Of a DNA stretch of 59,881 bases, positions 17,531 to 27,579 are shown piece after piece. The DNA comes from a virus (Duplodnaviria; Caudoviricetes), in IMG/VR virus record IMGVR_UViG_3300021185_001015, positions 1 through 59,881 of that record. The stretch is one strand, 5' to 3'. How positions within the stretch are numbered: position 1 is the first letter of the stretch; each line of letters opens with the position of its first letter. A program made the position numbers and the translations under genes. The notes beneath the pieces were generated by a model. It searched no databases. It saw only the letters and a program-made list of their open reading frames with translations, and was not told the origin of the DNA.

Positions 17531-20500
17531 TATACATAACTCCCTGTGTAAGCACCGTAGAGCGTAGACGAGACTTTCCAGAACACCAGTGTGTCCTTAG
17601 CAGTCAGCGTAGGAGCGACATTGCCGCCAGAGGTTACCCATTGCATCGTAGGCCAAGTGACTGTGTAACTAGCACCTGCTTCGAGCTGTAGTACTAAAGA
17701 ATCTCCAGAGACTAGTGAGTCTGTAAAGGTCGTGTTAGCCGCTAGAGTCTTGGTCTGTATTCCACCGTTAGCACGGTCTAGTGCTGTGCCTGTTAAGGCG
17801 TAGACCGTATCTCGAATAACTGCGGCAGAAGACATATCTCTACCAATCATTAACTCAGTAGCACTTAATGCAACACCTGCAAATACTCTAGGAGTATCTG
17901 CTGTAGTAGCAATTGTACCGTTTCCTTGAACAAAGTACGCTTGTCCTGCTGTTAGTCCAGACTGTGCATCATCTACTGAGCCAGCTGTTTGGATAGTAGC
18001 AGTTGCACCAGAAGCATATGATCCGTCAGACACACCTACAAAGTTTTCACTAGTTAGGTTAGGTCCTCGGATGTCTTGGTCTTCAGCTTGATAAACAACC
18101 GACTCATGGTTGTTGTTGCTAGTGCCGAAAACAAGCACAGATTTGTTTGAAGCTGAGTCAAATGTCATTGTAGTCGTGTTTAACCTGCCACCTGGACTGT
18201 CAAATACGACTGGTGAAGCAAAACTAATGCTGGTTCCAGAGACTGTTCCTGCAATTATTTTGCCTACGGGCGTACTGGTGTAATCGGTATAGGCAATAAG
18301 GAATTTATTTGCACTTGAATCAAAAATTGCCTCAGTTTTGTATGGTGCATTAACAGACTCAAATACGACTGCTGAACCAAAACTAATACTTGTACCCGAA
18401 ATAGTTCCTACTTTCGCTGTTCCGTAGCTTGAGTTGGCAGGGTCTCGATAAGTAACGACCATCTTGGAATTTGAATCAATAGCAACACCAGGATAGTACT
18501 GTAACGTGTTTACGAAAGAAGTTGATGACCCAAAACTAATGCTATCTCCTGATACGGTTCCTACAACTGCTGCGCCATTAGCTGACGAATTTTCTTTATA
18601 AACAAGTACGACTTTATTTGAATTTGAATCGAAAGTTGCCCGTGTGAGTGATGGGCCTGGTTCAGATAACGCAACTGAAGAGCCAAAACTAATTGAATTC
18701 CCTGAAACGGTACCAACAATTGCTCGCCCGCCGAGGCCTTGGTTGGCCGCATTATAAGCAACAACTACTTTGTTTGTATTAGAGTCAAAAGTTGCAGCTT
18801 GCCACGATGTGTTGATGGCGTTCTCAAATACGACTGCTGAACCAAAACTAATGCTTGTTCCAGAGACTGTGCCTACATACGCCTCTCCTCTTAATGAGTT
18901 GCTGAAGTTAGCCATAACAACAACGACTTTGTTTGCATTTGAATCAAAAGTGATGTCACCATACGACATTATCGCCCCAACAATCGCAACAGGTGATCCA
19001 AAACTAATTGATTTGCCTGAAACGGCACCTACAATTACTCGGGCACCATTAACGCCGCCGACGCTTGCGTTGTAAAGAACAACGACTTTGTTTGTGTTTG
19101 AATCAAAAACTGCATAAGACTTGTCTTGGTTATTGTCTTCAGATACCGCAACGACTTGAGTACCGAATCCTGCTGGATCAGTACCTATAACCGGACCTCC
19201 TGTTGGACTCACAACACTTACCGTGCCATCAGCATTTACAACAACCTTGTCACCATTTGCTAGTGTACCAGATGCAACTGCGTCAAACGAACCACCTGGA
19301 ACAACCGCTGCCGGTGTACCAGTAAGATCAGAGTAAGCGCCTGTAGTAGCAACCGTTGACAAAGATGAAGTATCAGCTTTGAGTGCAAGTGAACTATTTA
19401 CGGTAGTTGTATCAGCTTTGAGTGCAAGTGAGCTAGTTACAGTACTAGCAAAGTTCGCATCATCACCTAATGCAGCAGCAAGCTCGTTCAATGTATCTAA
19501 CGTAGCAGGAGCACTATCAGTGATTGTTGAAATGATGTTAGTCGCAGTATCATATCCGTTACCAGATAAGTATGTAGCTACATCGCTGTCAGTATATGCT
19601 GCAACTGCGGCAGAAGACATGTCTTTGCCAATCATCAACTCGGTAGCACTTAGAGCGACACCAGCAAATACTCTAGTAGTATCTGCTGTAGTGCCTAGTG
19701 TACCATCTTCTTGTAAGAAGTAGGCTTGTCCTGCTGTTAGTCCTGATTGAGCGTCATCTACTGCACCTGCTGTTTGAATAGTAGCAGTTGCACCGTCAGA
19801 GTAAGCAGCATCAGACACACCTACAAAGTTTTCACTGGTTAGGTTTGTGGCTCCAACGCTGACTGTATCTTCAGTTTTGAAAACTATCGCTTTGCCGCCC
19901 TTCCAAGAGATCACAGACCTGTTTAAATTTGAGTCAAATGCAAGCGACATGGCTCTGGATTGCTGACTGGAAAACTGAACTGGCGTATTAAAACTAATGC
20001 TGGTTCCAGAGACTGTTCCTACAATCACTCTACCGGTTTCAGGAGAACTGTAGTATTGGTAAGATATCACTACTTTATTTTCACTTGGATCAAAAATCGC
20101 TGCATAATACCCTGACGCACCGCCTGATTCAAAAATAACTGGCGCACCAAAATTAATGCTAGTTCCAGAGACTGTTCCTACTATTGCTCTACCGGAGCCA
20201 TAGTCATTCCTATAAATAAAAACAACTTTATTAGAATGTGTGTCATACACCACACTGGGATACTCGCCTGCACCGCCAGTGACAAACTGAACTTCCGAAC
20301 CAAAACTTATGCCTGTACCAGAAACTGTTCCTACAATTGAATTGAAAGTGTTACCTTGCCTGTATATTACCACTACCTTGTTATTATCCGGATCATATAC
20401 AGATGTAATATCGTTATAAGAGGCGACAGCTGAAGAATTAGTAACTGAACCAAAACTTATGCTTGTACCAGAAACTGTTCCTACTCTTGATCGAACCTGT

Positions 20501-23475
20501 TTTGACGAGATAGATATGTAAGAAAATATTACCTTATTAGAACTTGAGTCGAAAGCTAGTGCAAGGGCCCTGGTGTCAAAGGACTCATTGTCCTCGACAT
20601 AGGCTTGTGAACCAAAACTAATGCTAGTTCCAGAAATTGTTCCTACCATTGATCTGACTAGTCTATCTCCATATATGTATTCAACGTAAGCAACAACGAC
20701 TTTGTTTGAATTCGGATCAAATACAGCCTGTAAAGATTTATCCGTTACGGGGCCGTTAGTGTTTTTGGTGGAAACATTACCAAAAGTAATGTTTTTCCCA
20801 GAAACTGTTCCTACATAGGCACGTATTGTGTTTTCCGTTTGCGATCCATATATAACAACAACTTTATTTGAATTTGAATCATAAACTGTTGCTGTATACG
20901 TAGCGCTAGAACCAGCCACAGAGATTTCAGTGCCTAATCCTCCTGCTTCGATAACGGTAGTCTCTGCTCCTGCTACAGATACAGTACCTGTAGCATTTAT
21001 AACTACCATGTCACCATTTGCTAGTGTACCAGAAGCTACTGCTTCGAATGAACCACCTGCCGTATCAGCAAAAGTAAACCCGCCAGATCCGTCAGTAGTA
21101 AGAACTTGTCCTACAGTACCATCAGTGATACTTAGGTCAGTAAGTGCAGATGGAATAGAAGGTGTACCAGTAACGTCAGCATAAGCACCTGTAGTCGCTA
21201 CAGTCGCTAGATCAGCAGTATTCGCTTTCGCTGCTAATGAAGTCGTAACTGTTCCTGCAAAGTTTGCATCGTCGCCCAGTGCTGCTGCCAATTCGTTTAG
21301 TGTATCTAACGTAGCAGGAGCACTATCAGTGATTGTTGAAATAATATTACTTGCACTATCATAGCCATTTCCAGCCAAGTATGTAGCTACATCACTATCA
21401 GTATAAGGTACGACTGCGGTAGAAGACATGTCTTTGCCAATCATCAACTCGGTAGCACTTAAAGCAACACCTGCAAATACTCTAGGAGTATCAGGAGTAG
21501 TAATTATTGTGCCGTCGCCTTTCAAGAAGTACGCTTGTCCTGCTGTTAGTCCAGACTGTGCATCATCCACTGCACCAGAAGTTTGGATAGTAGCAGTTGC
21601 ACCAGAAGCATATGATCCGTCAGAAATACCTACAAAGTTTTCACTGGTTAGGTTGGATACAGTCGTAGATGACAAGCTTACTACTGACACTTGTTCGTGA
21701 TTAGATGAATCTTTACGAATAAGAATAATTTGGTTTGTGCTTGTATCTACTGTTGTCGCAATCGAATAATTAAACTCATTTACAATTATCGTAGGAGAAG
21801 TAAGATTAATTGAAGTACCAGAAACTGTTCCTGTCACAAAAGATATACGACCAGTGCCATCATCATAAGAAACATCATACGCAGAGTAAGTAATAATGAC
21901 CTTATTTGTATTTGGATTAAATATAGCAGAGGAAATCTTACCTACTTTTTTACCGACTTCAAGCTGTTGGGCAGTGCCAAAAGAAATACTATTACCAGAA
22001 ACAGTACCTACACGAACCCATCCAGTATACACGACATGTGCGTTATTATAAGTCATTACGATTTTATTTGCGTTTGAATCAAATGCAAGCTTAATATTTT
22101 CAGTAGACACATCATTAAATTGAAGTTCACTGCCAAGAGTAATTGAATTGCCAGAAACTGTTCCTACTCTTACTCTACCATAGTAAGGCGTGTAGTTATT
22201 TCTTATATGATAAGCAAACACCATTTTGCCTGAGTTAGAATCAAATGCTACTGCCAGATGACCAAAACTGCCAGTGGGAGCTGCTATCTCTACACTAGAA
22301 CCAAAACTAATTGAATTACCAGAAATTGTTCCTACAAACGCATGGACCCCGTCTCTCGTATGAGCAAGAACAACTTTGTTTGAGGTTGTGTCAATTGCAA
22401 GGACATGGTCAGAAATCATGCCATTATAAAATTCTACAACAGAGCCAAAACTAATTGAATTACCAGAAACTGTTCCGACCGCATATGCGGTCCAGCTGTT
22501 GTTTGGGTTGAAGAAAGCTACAACAACTTTGTTTGAGGTTGGATCATATGCTAGTGATGGTTCCCATGTAGAAGTAGACAAAGCGACGGGAGTACCAAAA
22601 GTAATTGTTTTAGTACCAACAGTTCCTACAACAAATGTTATGTAATTACTGTTATCCGTATCGCCATACGTAATAATAACTTTGTTTGAGGTTGGATCAT
22701 ATAATGCAACATTATTGTAGTCTGATACATCGCCAGTTGAGAGACGAGTTTCAGCACCTGGTCCAGGCCCTGTCGTTACAACGGCTACAACACTCACAGT
22801 ACCATCAGCATTTACAACGACCTTGTCACCATTTGCTAGTGTACCAGATGCAACTGCTTCGAATGAACCACCACCTGATGTGTCATCAAAAGTAAATCCG
22901 CCAGATCCGTCAGTAGTAAGAACTTGTCCTACAGTACCATCAGTGATACTTAGGTCAGTAAGTGCAGATGGAATAGAAGGTGTACCAGTAACGTCAGCAT
23001 AAGCACCTGATGTTGCTACAGTTGCTAGTGATGATGTATCAGCTTTAAGTGCAAGTGAGCTATTTACGGTAGTTGTATCAGCTTTAAGTGCAAGTGAGCT
23101 ATTTACGGTAGTTGTATCAGCTTTAAGTGCAAGTGAGCTATTTACGGTAGTTGTATCAGCTTTAAGTGCAAGTGAACTAGTTACGGTAGACGCAAAGTTT
23201 GCATCATCGCCCAATGCTGCTGCTAGTTCGTTTAATGTATCTAAAGTTCCTGGCGCAGCATCTACAAGATTATTTACTGCTGATGTGACATCAGCGGAAG
23301 TTGCAAGTGATGAAACATCGATCACATATGCTAAACTATTCCAAGCAGATACGCCGTTACCTATTTTTAGTTTTAGTGTGTCAGTTTCAAAACCTTGCTC
23401 ACCAGAGGCAAGAACAGGATTCGCTGCTGACCAGTTAGTGGAAGTATCTCTTCTTAATTGTATGCGATCAGCCAT
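17530..23475 (-). CDS. Giant tail fibre/adhesin: Mtd-like N-terminus, three 7-bladed beta-propeller modules, C-terminal adaptor domain
   Basis: Likely start MADRIQLRRD; APxTLDTLNELAAALGDDANFA occurs 3 times; 3x7 blades (F/Y)DxxxNKV...VGTVSGxSISFG. Confidence 0.8.
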   Translation of the reverse strand: MADRIQLRRDTSTNWSAANPVLASGEQGFETDTLKLKIGNGVSAWNSLAYVIDVSSLATSADVTSAVNNLVDAAPGTLDTLNELAAALGDDANFASTVTSSLALKADTTTVNSSLALKADTTTVNSSLALKADTTTVNSSLALKADTSSLATVATSGAYADVTGTPSIPSALTDLSITDGTVGQVLTTDGSGGFTFDDTSGGGSFEAVASGTLANGDKVVVNADGTVSVVAVVTTGPGPGAETRLSTGDVSDYNNVALYDPTSNKVIITYGDTDNSNYITFVVGTVGTKTITFGTPVALSTSTWEPSLAYDPTSNKVVVAFFNPNNSWTAYAVGTVSGNSISFGSVVEFYNGMISDHVLAIDTTSNKVVLAHTRDGVHAFVGTISGNSISFGSSVEIAAPTGSFGHLAVAFDSNSGKMVFAYHIRNNYTPYYGRVRVGTVSGNSITLGSELQFNDVSTENIKLAFDSNANKIVMTYNNAHVVYTGWVRVGTVSGNSISFGTAQQLEVGKKVGKISSAIFNPNTNKVIITYSAYDVSYDDGTGRISFVTGTVSGTSINLTSPTIIVNEFNYSIATTVDTSTNQIILIRKDSSNHEQVSVVSLSSTTVSNLTSENFVGISDGSYASGATATIQTSGAVDDAQSGLTAGQAYFLKGDGTIITTPDTPRVFAGVALSATELMIGKDMSSTAVVPYTDSDVATYLAGNGYDSASNIISTITDSAPATLDTLNELAAALGDDANFAGTVTTSLAAKANTADLATVATTGAYADVTGTPSIPSALTDLSITDGTVGQVLTTDGSGGFTFADTAGGSFEAVASGTLANGDMVVINATGTVSVAGAETTVIEAGGLGTEISVAGSSATYTATVYDSNSNKVVVIYGSQTENTIRAYVGTVSGKNITFGNVSTKNTNGPVTDKSLQAVFDPNSNKVVVAYVEYIYGDRLVRSMVGTISGTSISFGSQAYVEDNESFDTRALALAFDSSSNKVIFSYISISSKQVRSRVGTVSGTSISFGSVTNSSAVASYNDITSVYDPDNNKVVVIYRQGNTFNSIVGTVSGTGISFGSEVQFVTGGAGEYPSVVYDTHSNKVVFIYRNDYGSGRAIVGTVSGTSINFGAPVIFESGGASGYYAAIFDPSENKVVISYQYYSSPETGRVIVGTVSGTSISFNTPVQFSSQQSRAMSLAFDSNLNRSVISWKGGKAIVFKTEDTVSVGATNLTSENFVGVSDAAYSDGATATIQTAGAVDDAQSGLTAGQAYFLQEDGTLGTTADTTRVFAGVALSATELMIGKDMSSAAVAAYTDSDVATYLSGNGYDTATNIISTITDSAPATLDTLNELAAALGDDANFASTVTSSLALKADTTTVNSSLALKADTSSLSTVATTGAYSDLTGTPAAVVPGGSFDAVASGTLANGDKVVVNADGTVSVVSPTGGPVIGTDPAGFGTQVVAVSEDNNQDKSYAVFDSNTNKVVVLYNASVGGVNGARVIVGAVSGKSISFGSPVAIVGAIMSYGDITFDSNANKVVVVMANFSNSLRGEAYVGTVSGTSISFGSAVVFENAINTSWQAATFDSNTNKVVVAYNAANQGLGGRAIVGTVSGNSISFGSSVALSEPGPSLTRATFDSNSNKVVLVYKENSSANGAAVVGTVSGDSISFGSSTSFVNTLQYYPGVAIDSNSKMVVTYRDPANSSYGTAKVGTISGTSISFGSAVVFESVNAPYKTEAIFDSSANKFLIAYTDYTSTPVGKIIAGTVSGTSISFASPVVFDSPGGRLNTTTMTFDSASNKSVLVFGTSNNNHESVVYQAEDQDIRGPNLTSENFVGVSDGSYASGATATIQTAGSVDDAQSGLTAGQAYFVQGNGTIATTADTPRVFAGVALSATELMIGRDMSSAAVIRDTVYALTGTALDRANGGIQTKTLAANTTFTDSLVSGDSLVLQLEAGASYTVTWPTMQWVTSGGNVAPTLTAKDTLVFWKVSSTLYGAYTGSYV
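23036..23175. repeat. 39-bp in-frame tandem repeat (SSLALKADTTTVN), 3 full copies plus a partial
   Basis: gtatcagctttaagtgcaagtgagctatttacggtagtt repeated; related copies at about 19370-19435. Confidence 0.9.
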
Positions 23476-23713
23476 TGGCCGTTCCTCCGTCATATTCTGC
23501 GTTAAACAATGTGGTTGTTGCGGTTCCGCTTCCTACAGAACCGATAAATGAGGTCGTAGTAGAAAGCCCTCCATCTACTGTTCTGTCAAGCTGTTGAATT
23601 AGTTTTGTTACAAGTATCGCAGATGAAGCTGTAATTTCAGCGGTAACATCCGCTTCTTTTGCAAAGCCTGCATTTGATACTGTAGTATATTTTAGCGTAC
23701 TATAATTAGCCAT
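23468..23713 (-). CDS. Small fibre adaptor-like protein ending in YDGGTANG
   Basis: Likely start MANYSTLK immediately after the upstream stop; overlaps the start of the giant fibre gene. Confidence 0.6.
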   Translation of the reverse strand: MANYSTLKYTTVSNAGFAKEADVTAEITASSAILVTKLIQQLDRTVDGGLSTTTSFIGSVGSGTATTTLFNAEYDGGTANG

Positions 23714-23714
23714 G

Positions 23715-24404
23715 TTATCTCTCTGTGAATAGCCAGCCGTAAGTTGAGTTATAATATACGATGTTACATGCTGCGCCACTGACATCAATCGTTAGGTCTT
23801 CGTTAGTGAAATCAATGGATCTTCCGTTTCTAGCAATAGTAATATTATTGACCCCCGCATTACTTGTACCATCAATGATACTTATCTGATCTCCAAAAGA
23901 AGGATTTGGTGGTAATGTTATTGTAACAGGATTGCTCGATACGTTTACAATTATTTTTTCACCACTAGTAGCAAAATGATTTGAAGACCTTTCAATCCAT
24001 GGGACAGCACCATCACCTTCACTCCAATATGTTGTTCCTTCACCATTTGTAGTGAGTACCTGCCCGACAGCACCGTCAAATTCTGGTAATCTATAGTCAC
24101 CTACTTCAAGTGTGACGGCAGTTAAATCATTGAATCCAGCGTCTGCTGCTGCAGGCACATTTTCAGTAATTTCTCCTAAATCCCAAGTATTACCTGCAGG
24201 ACTCAAGTCTCCCAAGTCATTTGGAAGGTAGAAGGAAGTATATTCGTTAGTGGTTTGTGCTAGTGTTACTATTGATCCATCTTCTTTCTTGGAAAATAGT
24301 TTAGCATCTTCTAAGTTAATAGCAAGTTCGCCGACTGCCAATTCTGCCGTCGATGGTGTTCTATTAGGTACTTCGGATCGTTTTATTTGTACAATTGCAG
24401 ACAT
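23715..24404 (-). CDS. Tail fibre-related protein (QIKRS..GELAIN N-terminus; gp34-like ITLPxxPxxGD domain)
   Basis: VQIKRSEVPNRTPSTAELAVGELAIN; PVTITLPPNPSFGDQISIID...NNITIARNG. Confidence 0.7.
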   Translation of the reverse strand: MSAIVQIKRSEVPNRTPSTAELAVGELAINLEDAKLFSKKEDGSIVTLAQTTNEYTSFYLPNDLGDLSPAGNTWDLGEITENVPAAADAGFNDLTAVTLEVGDYRLPEFDGAVGQVLTTNGEGTTYWSEGDGAVPWIERSSNHFATSGEKIIVNVSSNPVTITLPPNPSFGDQISIIDGTSNAGVNNITIARNGRSIDFTNEDLTIDVSGAACNIVYYNSTYGWLFTER

Positions 24405-24416
24405 GTAAACTCTCCG

Positions 24417-24671
24417 TTATAGCGCCGCTATAGCTATTTTAAAATCGTTGAAGTCACTACATGCAGCAACCAGAATCTTCAAATCGGAGATGCTAATATG
24501 ACCTATAAGGTTAGTGCCGTCTGCGAGAGCAAGTTCTACTCCTCCAGGTGTTACTCCGTCATGAACAACAAGAGTATCTTTAGTGGTATTTATTGTCACC
24601 TCACCTTCCAAACCTGTAAAGGCCGAGTGTTCACCAGTGGTGCCTCGTCTTACTTGTAATATTGTTGGCAT
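24417..24671 (-). CDS. Stand-alone Mtd-N-like small structural protein
   Basis: LQVRRGTTGEHSAFTGLEGEVTINTTKDTLVVHDG; paralog of the 14911 N-terminus. Confidence 0.75.
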   Translation of the reverse strand: MPTILQVRRGTTGEHSAFTGLEGEVTINTTKDTLVVHDGVTPGGVELALADGTNLIGHISISDLKILVAACSDFNDFKIAIAAL

Positions 24672-24686
24672 ATATTTATCTCCTAT

Positions 24687-24914
24687 CTACGGGTAGGTGC
24701 CACAGTCGATGTCAGTAATATTAACCGCAGGTATAGAAGTAGATGCATCTAAATTGTTCAAATCTGCTCGCAACATCTCGTAACCGCCGACCTGAATACC
24801 ATCGTGTACTACAAGTGAATCGGTGGTGGTATTTACAGTAATTTCGCCTTCTGCGCCTGTAAAGGACGCATGTTGTATTGCGGTGCCTCTTCTAAACTTA
24901 ACTCTACTCGCCAT
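24687..24914 (-). CDS. Stand-alone Mtd-N-like small structural protein
   Basis: VKFRRGTAIQHASFTGAEGEITVNT...VHDG; ends IDCGTYP. Confidence 0.75.
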   Translation of the reverse strand: MASRVKFRRGTAIQHASFTGAEGEITVNTTTDSLVVHDGIQVGGYEMLRADLNNLDASTSIPAVNITDIDCGTYP

Positions 24915-24954
24915 GCGAGTACCCTCCTTATTTATTAGGCACTTACCTTGATAC

Positions 24955-24962
24955 TATTTATA
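24955..24962 (-). promoter_or_regulatory. Late promoter
   Basis: TATAAATA intergenic, before ATG 24914. Confidence 0.75.
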
Positions 24963-24977
24963 ATTATCCGTAAGAGT

Positions 24978-25742
24978 CTAATTGTTTAAACTGTGATTTA
25001 CTACTGCTGCTTCTTTTAAATAAACTTGCAGTTTGCTTTTCAAGTCTGCAATCTTTCTTTCATTAAAATCTACTGTTTTTAAAAGTTGAACATTTTGCTT
25101 ATACAGTGCTTGGTATTCCTTGCTTTCTGTAGTTTTAACATTCTGACCAGCTTTGCTGACAGTATCTTCAAGTCGTTTCACGGTAGATTCAAAACCTTTT
25201 ACTTGAAATTTTAACTTAGTATTTTCTGTAAACAATGCTTTATATTCTTCACTTTCCTTGGTAATCTCTTTTACATGTGTAACTTCGTTCACATTGGCTT
25301 TACCATTATTTTCTTTTAATTGTGATCTGAGTGTCTTACACTTTGCACTTAAATCATCTCTTTCCTGTTCTGTAGAAGCAATTATTGCATTTGCTTGTTC
25401 TAATCCTTCTTCCAATCTTTTAATATAATCTTCAGCTTCATCATTCTGTCTTTTTAATTCTAAATACTCTGGAGTATCTGTAGAATTAACTGCTGCCGTC
25501 TCATCGGCTAACTGATCAGTATTTGGAACAGAAAAACCTTCAACCGTCTCCGATGAATTAGTTGTCGCCTCTCTAAGACCCTGTATTTCTTGTGCTTGAG
25601 TCTGAACTTGTTCTGATAATCTATTAATATTTTTACCAGAAAGCGATTGTTTTGATTTTAGGAGAATATTCTCCATAGTCAAATCACTTACACTCTTACC
25701 AAGATGAGCAACATACTCATTAACTAATTCTTCATTTTCCAT
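24978..25742 (-). CDS. Coiled-coil protein
   Basis: Heptad-rich; three EYxxLxxxN segments. Confidence 0.7.
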   Translation of the reverse strand: MENEELVNEYVAHLGKSVSDLTMENILLKSKQSLSGKNINRLSEQVQTQAQEIQGLREATTNSSETVEGFSVPNTDQLADETAAVNSTDTPEYLELKRQNDEAEDYIKRLEEGLEQANAIIASTEQERDDLSAKCKTLRSQLKENNGKANVNEVTHVKEITKESEEYKALFTENTKLKFQVKGFESTVKRLEDTVSKAGQNVKTTESKEYQALYKQNVQLLKTVDFNERKIADLKSKLQVYLKEAAVVNHSLNN

Positions 25743-25773
25743 TTCGTCATCACCTTTAACTTATGATTTGAAA

Positions 25774-25793
25774 GTAGGGGGTTTCCCCCCTAC
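25774..25793 (-). terminator. GC-rich hairpin with GAAA loop (weak terminator or 5' stabiliser)
   Basis: GTAGGGGG-GAAA-CCCCCTAC followed by only TTT. Confidence 0.55.
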
Positions 25794-25803
25794 CCGTTTC
25801 TTC

Positions 25804-25811
25804 TATTTATA
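25804..25811 (-). promoter_or_regulatory. Late promoter
   Basis: TATAAATA intergenic. Confidence 0.7.
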
Positions 25812-25819
25812 CTTACTAT

Positions 25820-27496
25820 CTAGAATGTGCCACCGTCGATGCCACCAAATGTAGGCAATCCACCAACACCAGCAACTAGAACTTGGCCTTGTTGCCCGAT
25901 TGCTGTTGCTTGAAGTGCGCCAGTTCCGTTGCCAAACAAGATACCTTTTGTAGTAAATGTTTGGGCGCCAGTACCACCATCTGCAACGTCAATTGCTTGT
26001 GATAGATTGTGAACACGACCAAGTGTTAAGTCGCCTTCTACGTTACCAGCTACATTACCAACTACGTTACCGGTATGAGTACCAGCAGTGTTACCAGTGA
26101 CATCACCAGTTACGTTACCAGTAAGGTTAGCAACTAATGTAGCAATCTGATAGTCTGCATTAGTTTTATCAACTACATTGCCTGTGATTTCTTCACTAGA
26201 ATTTGTAAACAAATGATATTTACCGTCATTTGCATCACGGAAGAAACCAGTTGTTCTGTCATCGGCGCCGTCGTTATACCTGGCTGTGAAACCAATATCA
26301 ATTGCATCACCGGCAACACCAATGTTATTGGTAGCGTAAGCAACAAGTGAATCTTCAACAGCCATGTTAGTAGTATTAACTTGTGTGGTTGTACCAGAAA
26401 CAGTCAAGTCTCCAGAAACTGTTAAGTTACCACCAATAGTTGGGTTAGCTACGAGTCCAACTTGAATACCATTGTCAGTAACAGTAGTTTCAACTTGTAA
26501 AGCAGTACCAGAAATAGTAAGCTTTTCGCCGCCAGCTACAGTATCGTCATCACCAATGTCTGCTCCGATTTGCAAAGCAGTTGCAATAGTTGCAGTACTG
26601 GCAGAAGTAATACGACCTTTGGCATCAATGCTTAGAATAGGAACTTCAGTAGTTGAACCAACGTTACCAGCAGTTACGCCAGAATCAGCAAGTGTAAGAG
26701 CGATGTCTGCATCAGCAGAACCGTCAAAACTTACAGTACCAGTTGCGTCACCTGAAGTGCTGATGTTGCGGCTAGTTTGTAGAGCAGTTGCAGTAGAAGC
26801 ATTACCGACTACAGCACCAGTATGAGTACCAGCAGAGTTACCAGTAAGATCACCAGTTACGTTACCAGTAAGATCACCAGTTACGTTACCAGTTACCGCA
26901 CCAGTGTGAGCACCTGTAGTGCTACCTATGAACGCAGCGTCAGATCCGTCAGTGCCGTTGTCTAGAATCGTTACTAGACCGTCATTAGAAAGGACATCAC
27001 CTTTGAATGTCGCATCAGATCCGTCAGTGCCGTTGTCTAGAACCGTTACTAGACCGTCATGAGAAAGGACATCACCAGTCAATGAAGTAGCGTCTGCGCC
27101 TGATACAGTAACAGCGATATCTACGTTACCAGAACCGTCGATGCTTGCAGAACCAGCAGCATCACCTGATAAAGTAAGTGTGCGAGCAGTTGCCCATGCA
27201 GATGCAGTATCAGCGTTACCAGTTACGTCAGCATTAATTGCGCCGAGTGCATCTCTCTTTGCGAGAGTGTTGGCTGTTTTGAGATTAGTTGCAGCGTCTA
27301 CGATGTCGGTATAATACTTACCACCAACTTTGTGTATCGCAGGGGTATCGTCATTATTTTTCGACTCAATATATAATATTGCGCCAGCACCGTCAAGTGC
27401 TTTATCTTGTGCATAAGCCATTTCCGCTTCTGCTAAGTTGGTCGCATCCGGAGCTGCACTTCCGGTAGATCGTTTAATTTGAATTACAGTTGCCAT
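25820..27496 (-). CDS. Tail fibre protein with GNVTG repeats
   Basis: IQIKRSTG N-terminus; GNADTASAWATARTL and GNVTGDLT repeats; ends IDGGTF. Confidence 0.75.
   Translation of the reverse strand: MATVIQIKRSTGSAAPDATNLAEAEMAYAQDKALDGAGAILYIESKNNDDTPAIHKVGGKYYTDIVDAATNLKTANTLAKRDALGAINADVTGNADTASAWATARTLTLSGDAAGSASIDGSGNVDIAVTVSGADATSLTGDVLSHDGLVTVLDNGTDGSDATFKGDVLSNDGLVTILDNGTDGSDAAFIGSTTGAHTGAVTGNVTGDLTGNVTGDLTGNSAGTHTGAVVGNASTATALQTSRNISTSGDATGTVSFDGSADADIALTLADSGVTAGNVGSTTEVPILSIDAKGRITSASTATIATALQIGADIGDDDTVAGGEKLTISGTALQVETTVTDNGIQVGLVANPTIGGNLTVSGDLTVSGTTTQVNTTNMAVEDSLVAYATNNIGVAGDAIDIGFTARYNDGADDRTTGFFRDANDGKYHLFTNSSEEITGNVVDKTNADYQIATLVANLTGNVTGDVTGNTAGTHTGNVVGNVAGNVEGDLTLGRVHNLSQAIDVADGGTGAQTFTTKGILFGNGTGALQATAIGQQGQVLVAGVGGLPTFGGIDGGTF
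26938..27078. repeat. 75-bp in-frame duplication (GDVLSxDGLVTxLDNGTDGSDA)
   Basis: tcagatccgtcagtgccgttgtctagaa.cgttactagaccgtcat occurs twice, 75 bp apart. Confidence 0.85.
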
Positions 27497-27579
27497 GTGG
27501 CTTTACCTCTTTTCCAGTTAATAATACTTTTTTTTTTGTTATAATATAAAACTTTTGGGATCACACAAACACACAATAA

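Noticed and set aside
23036-23175. CRISPR-like array
   Set aside because: Contiguous 39-bp in-frame coding repeats with no unique spacers and no cas genes.
13583-24914. Diversity-generating retroelement suggested by Mtd-like domains
   Set aside because: Only the N-terminal anchor-like domain is shared. No reverse transcriptase is present, and I saw no TR/VR pair with adenine-specific mismatches in this window.
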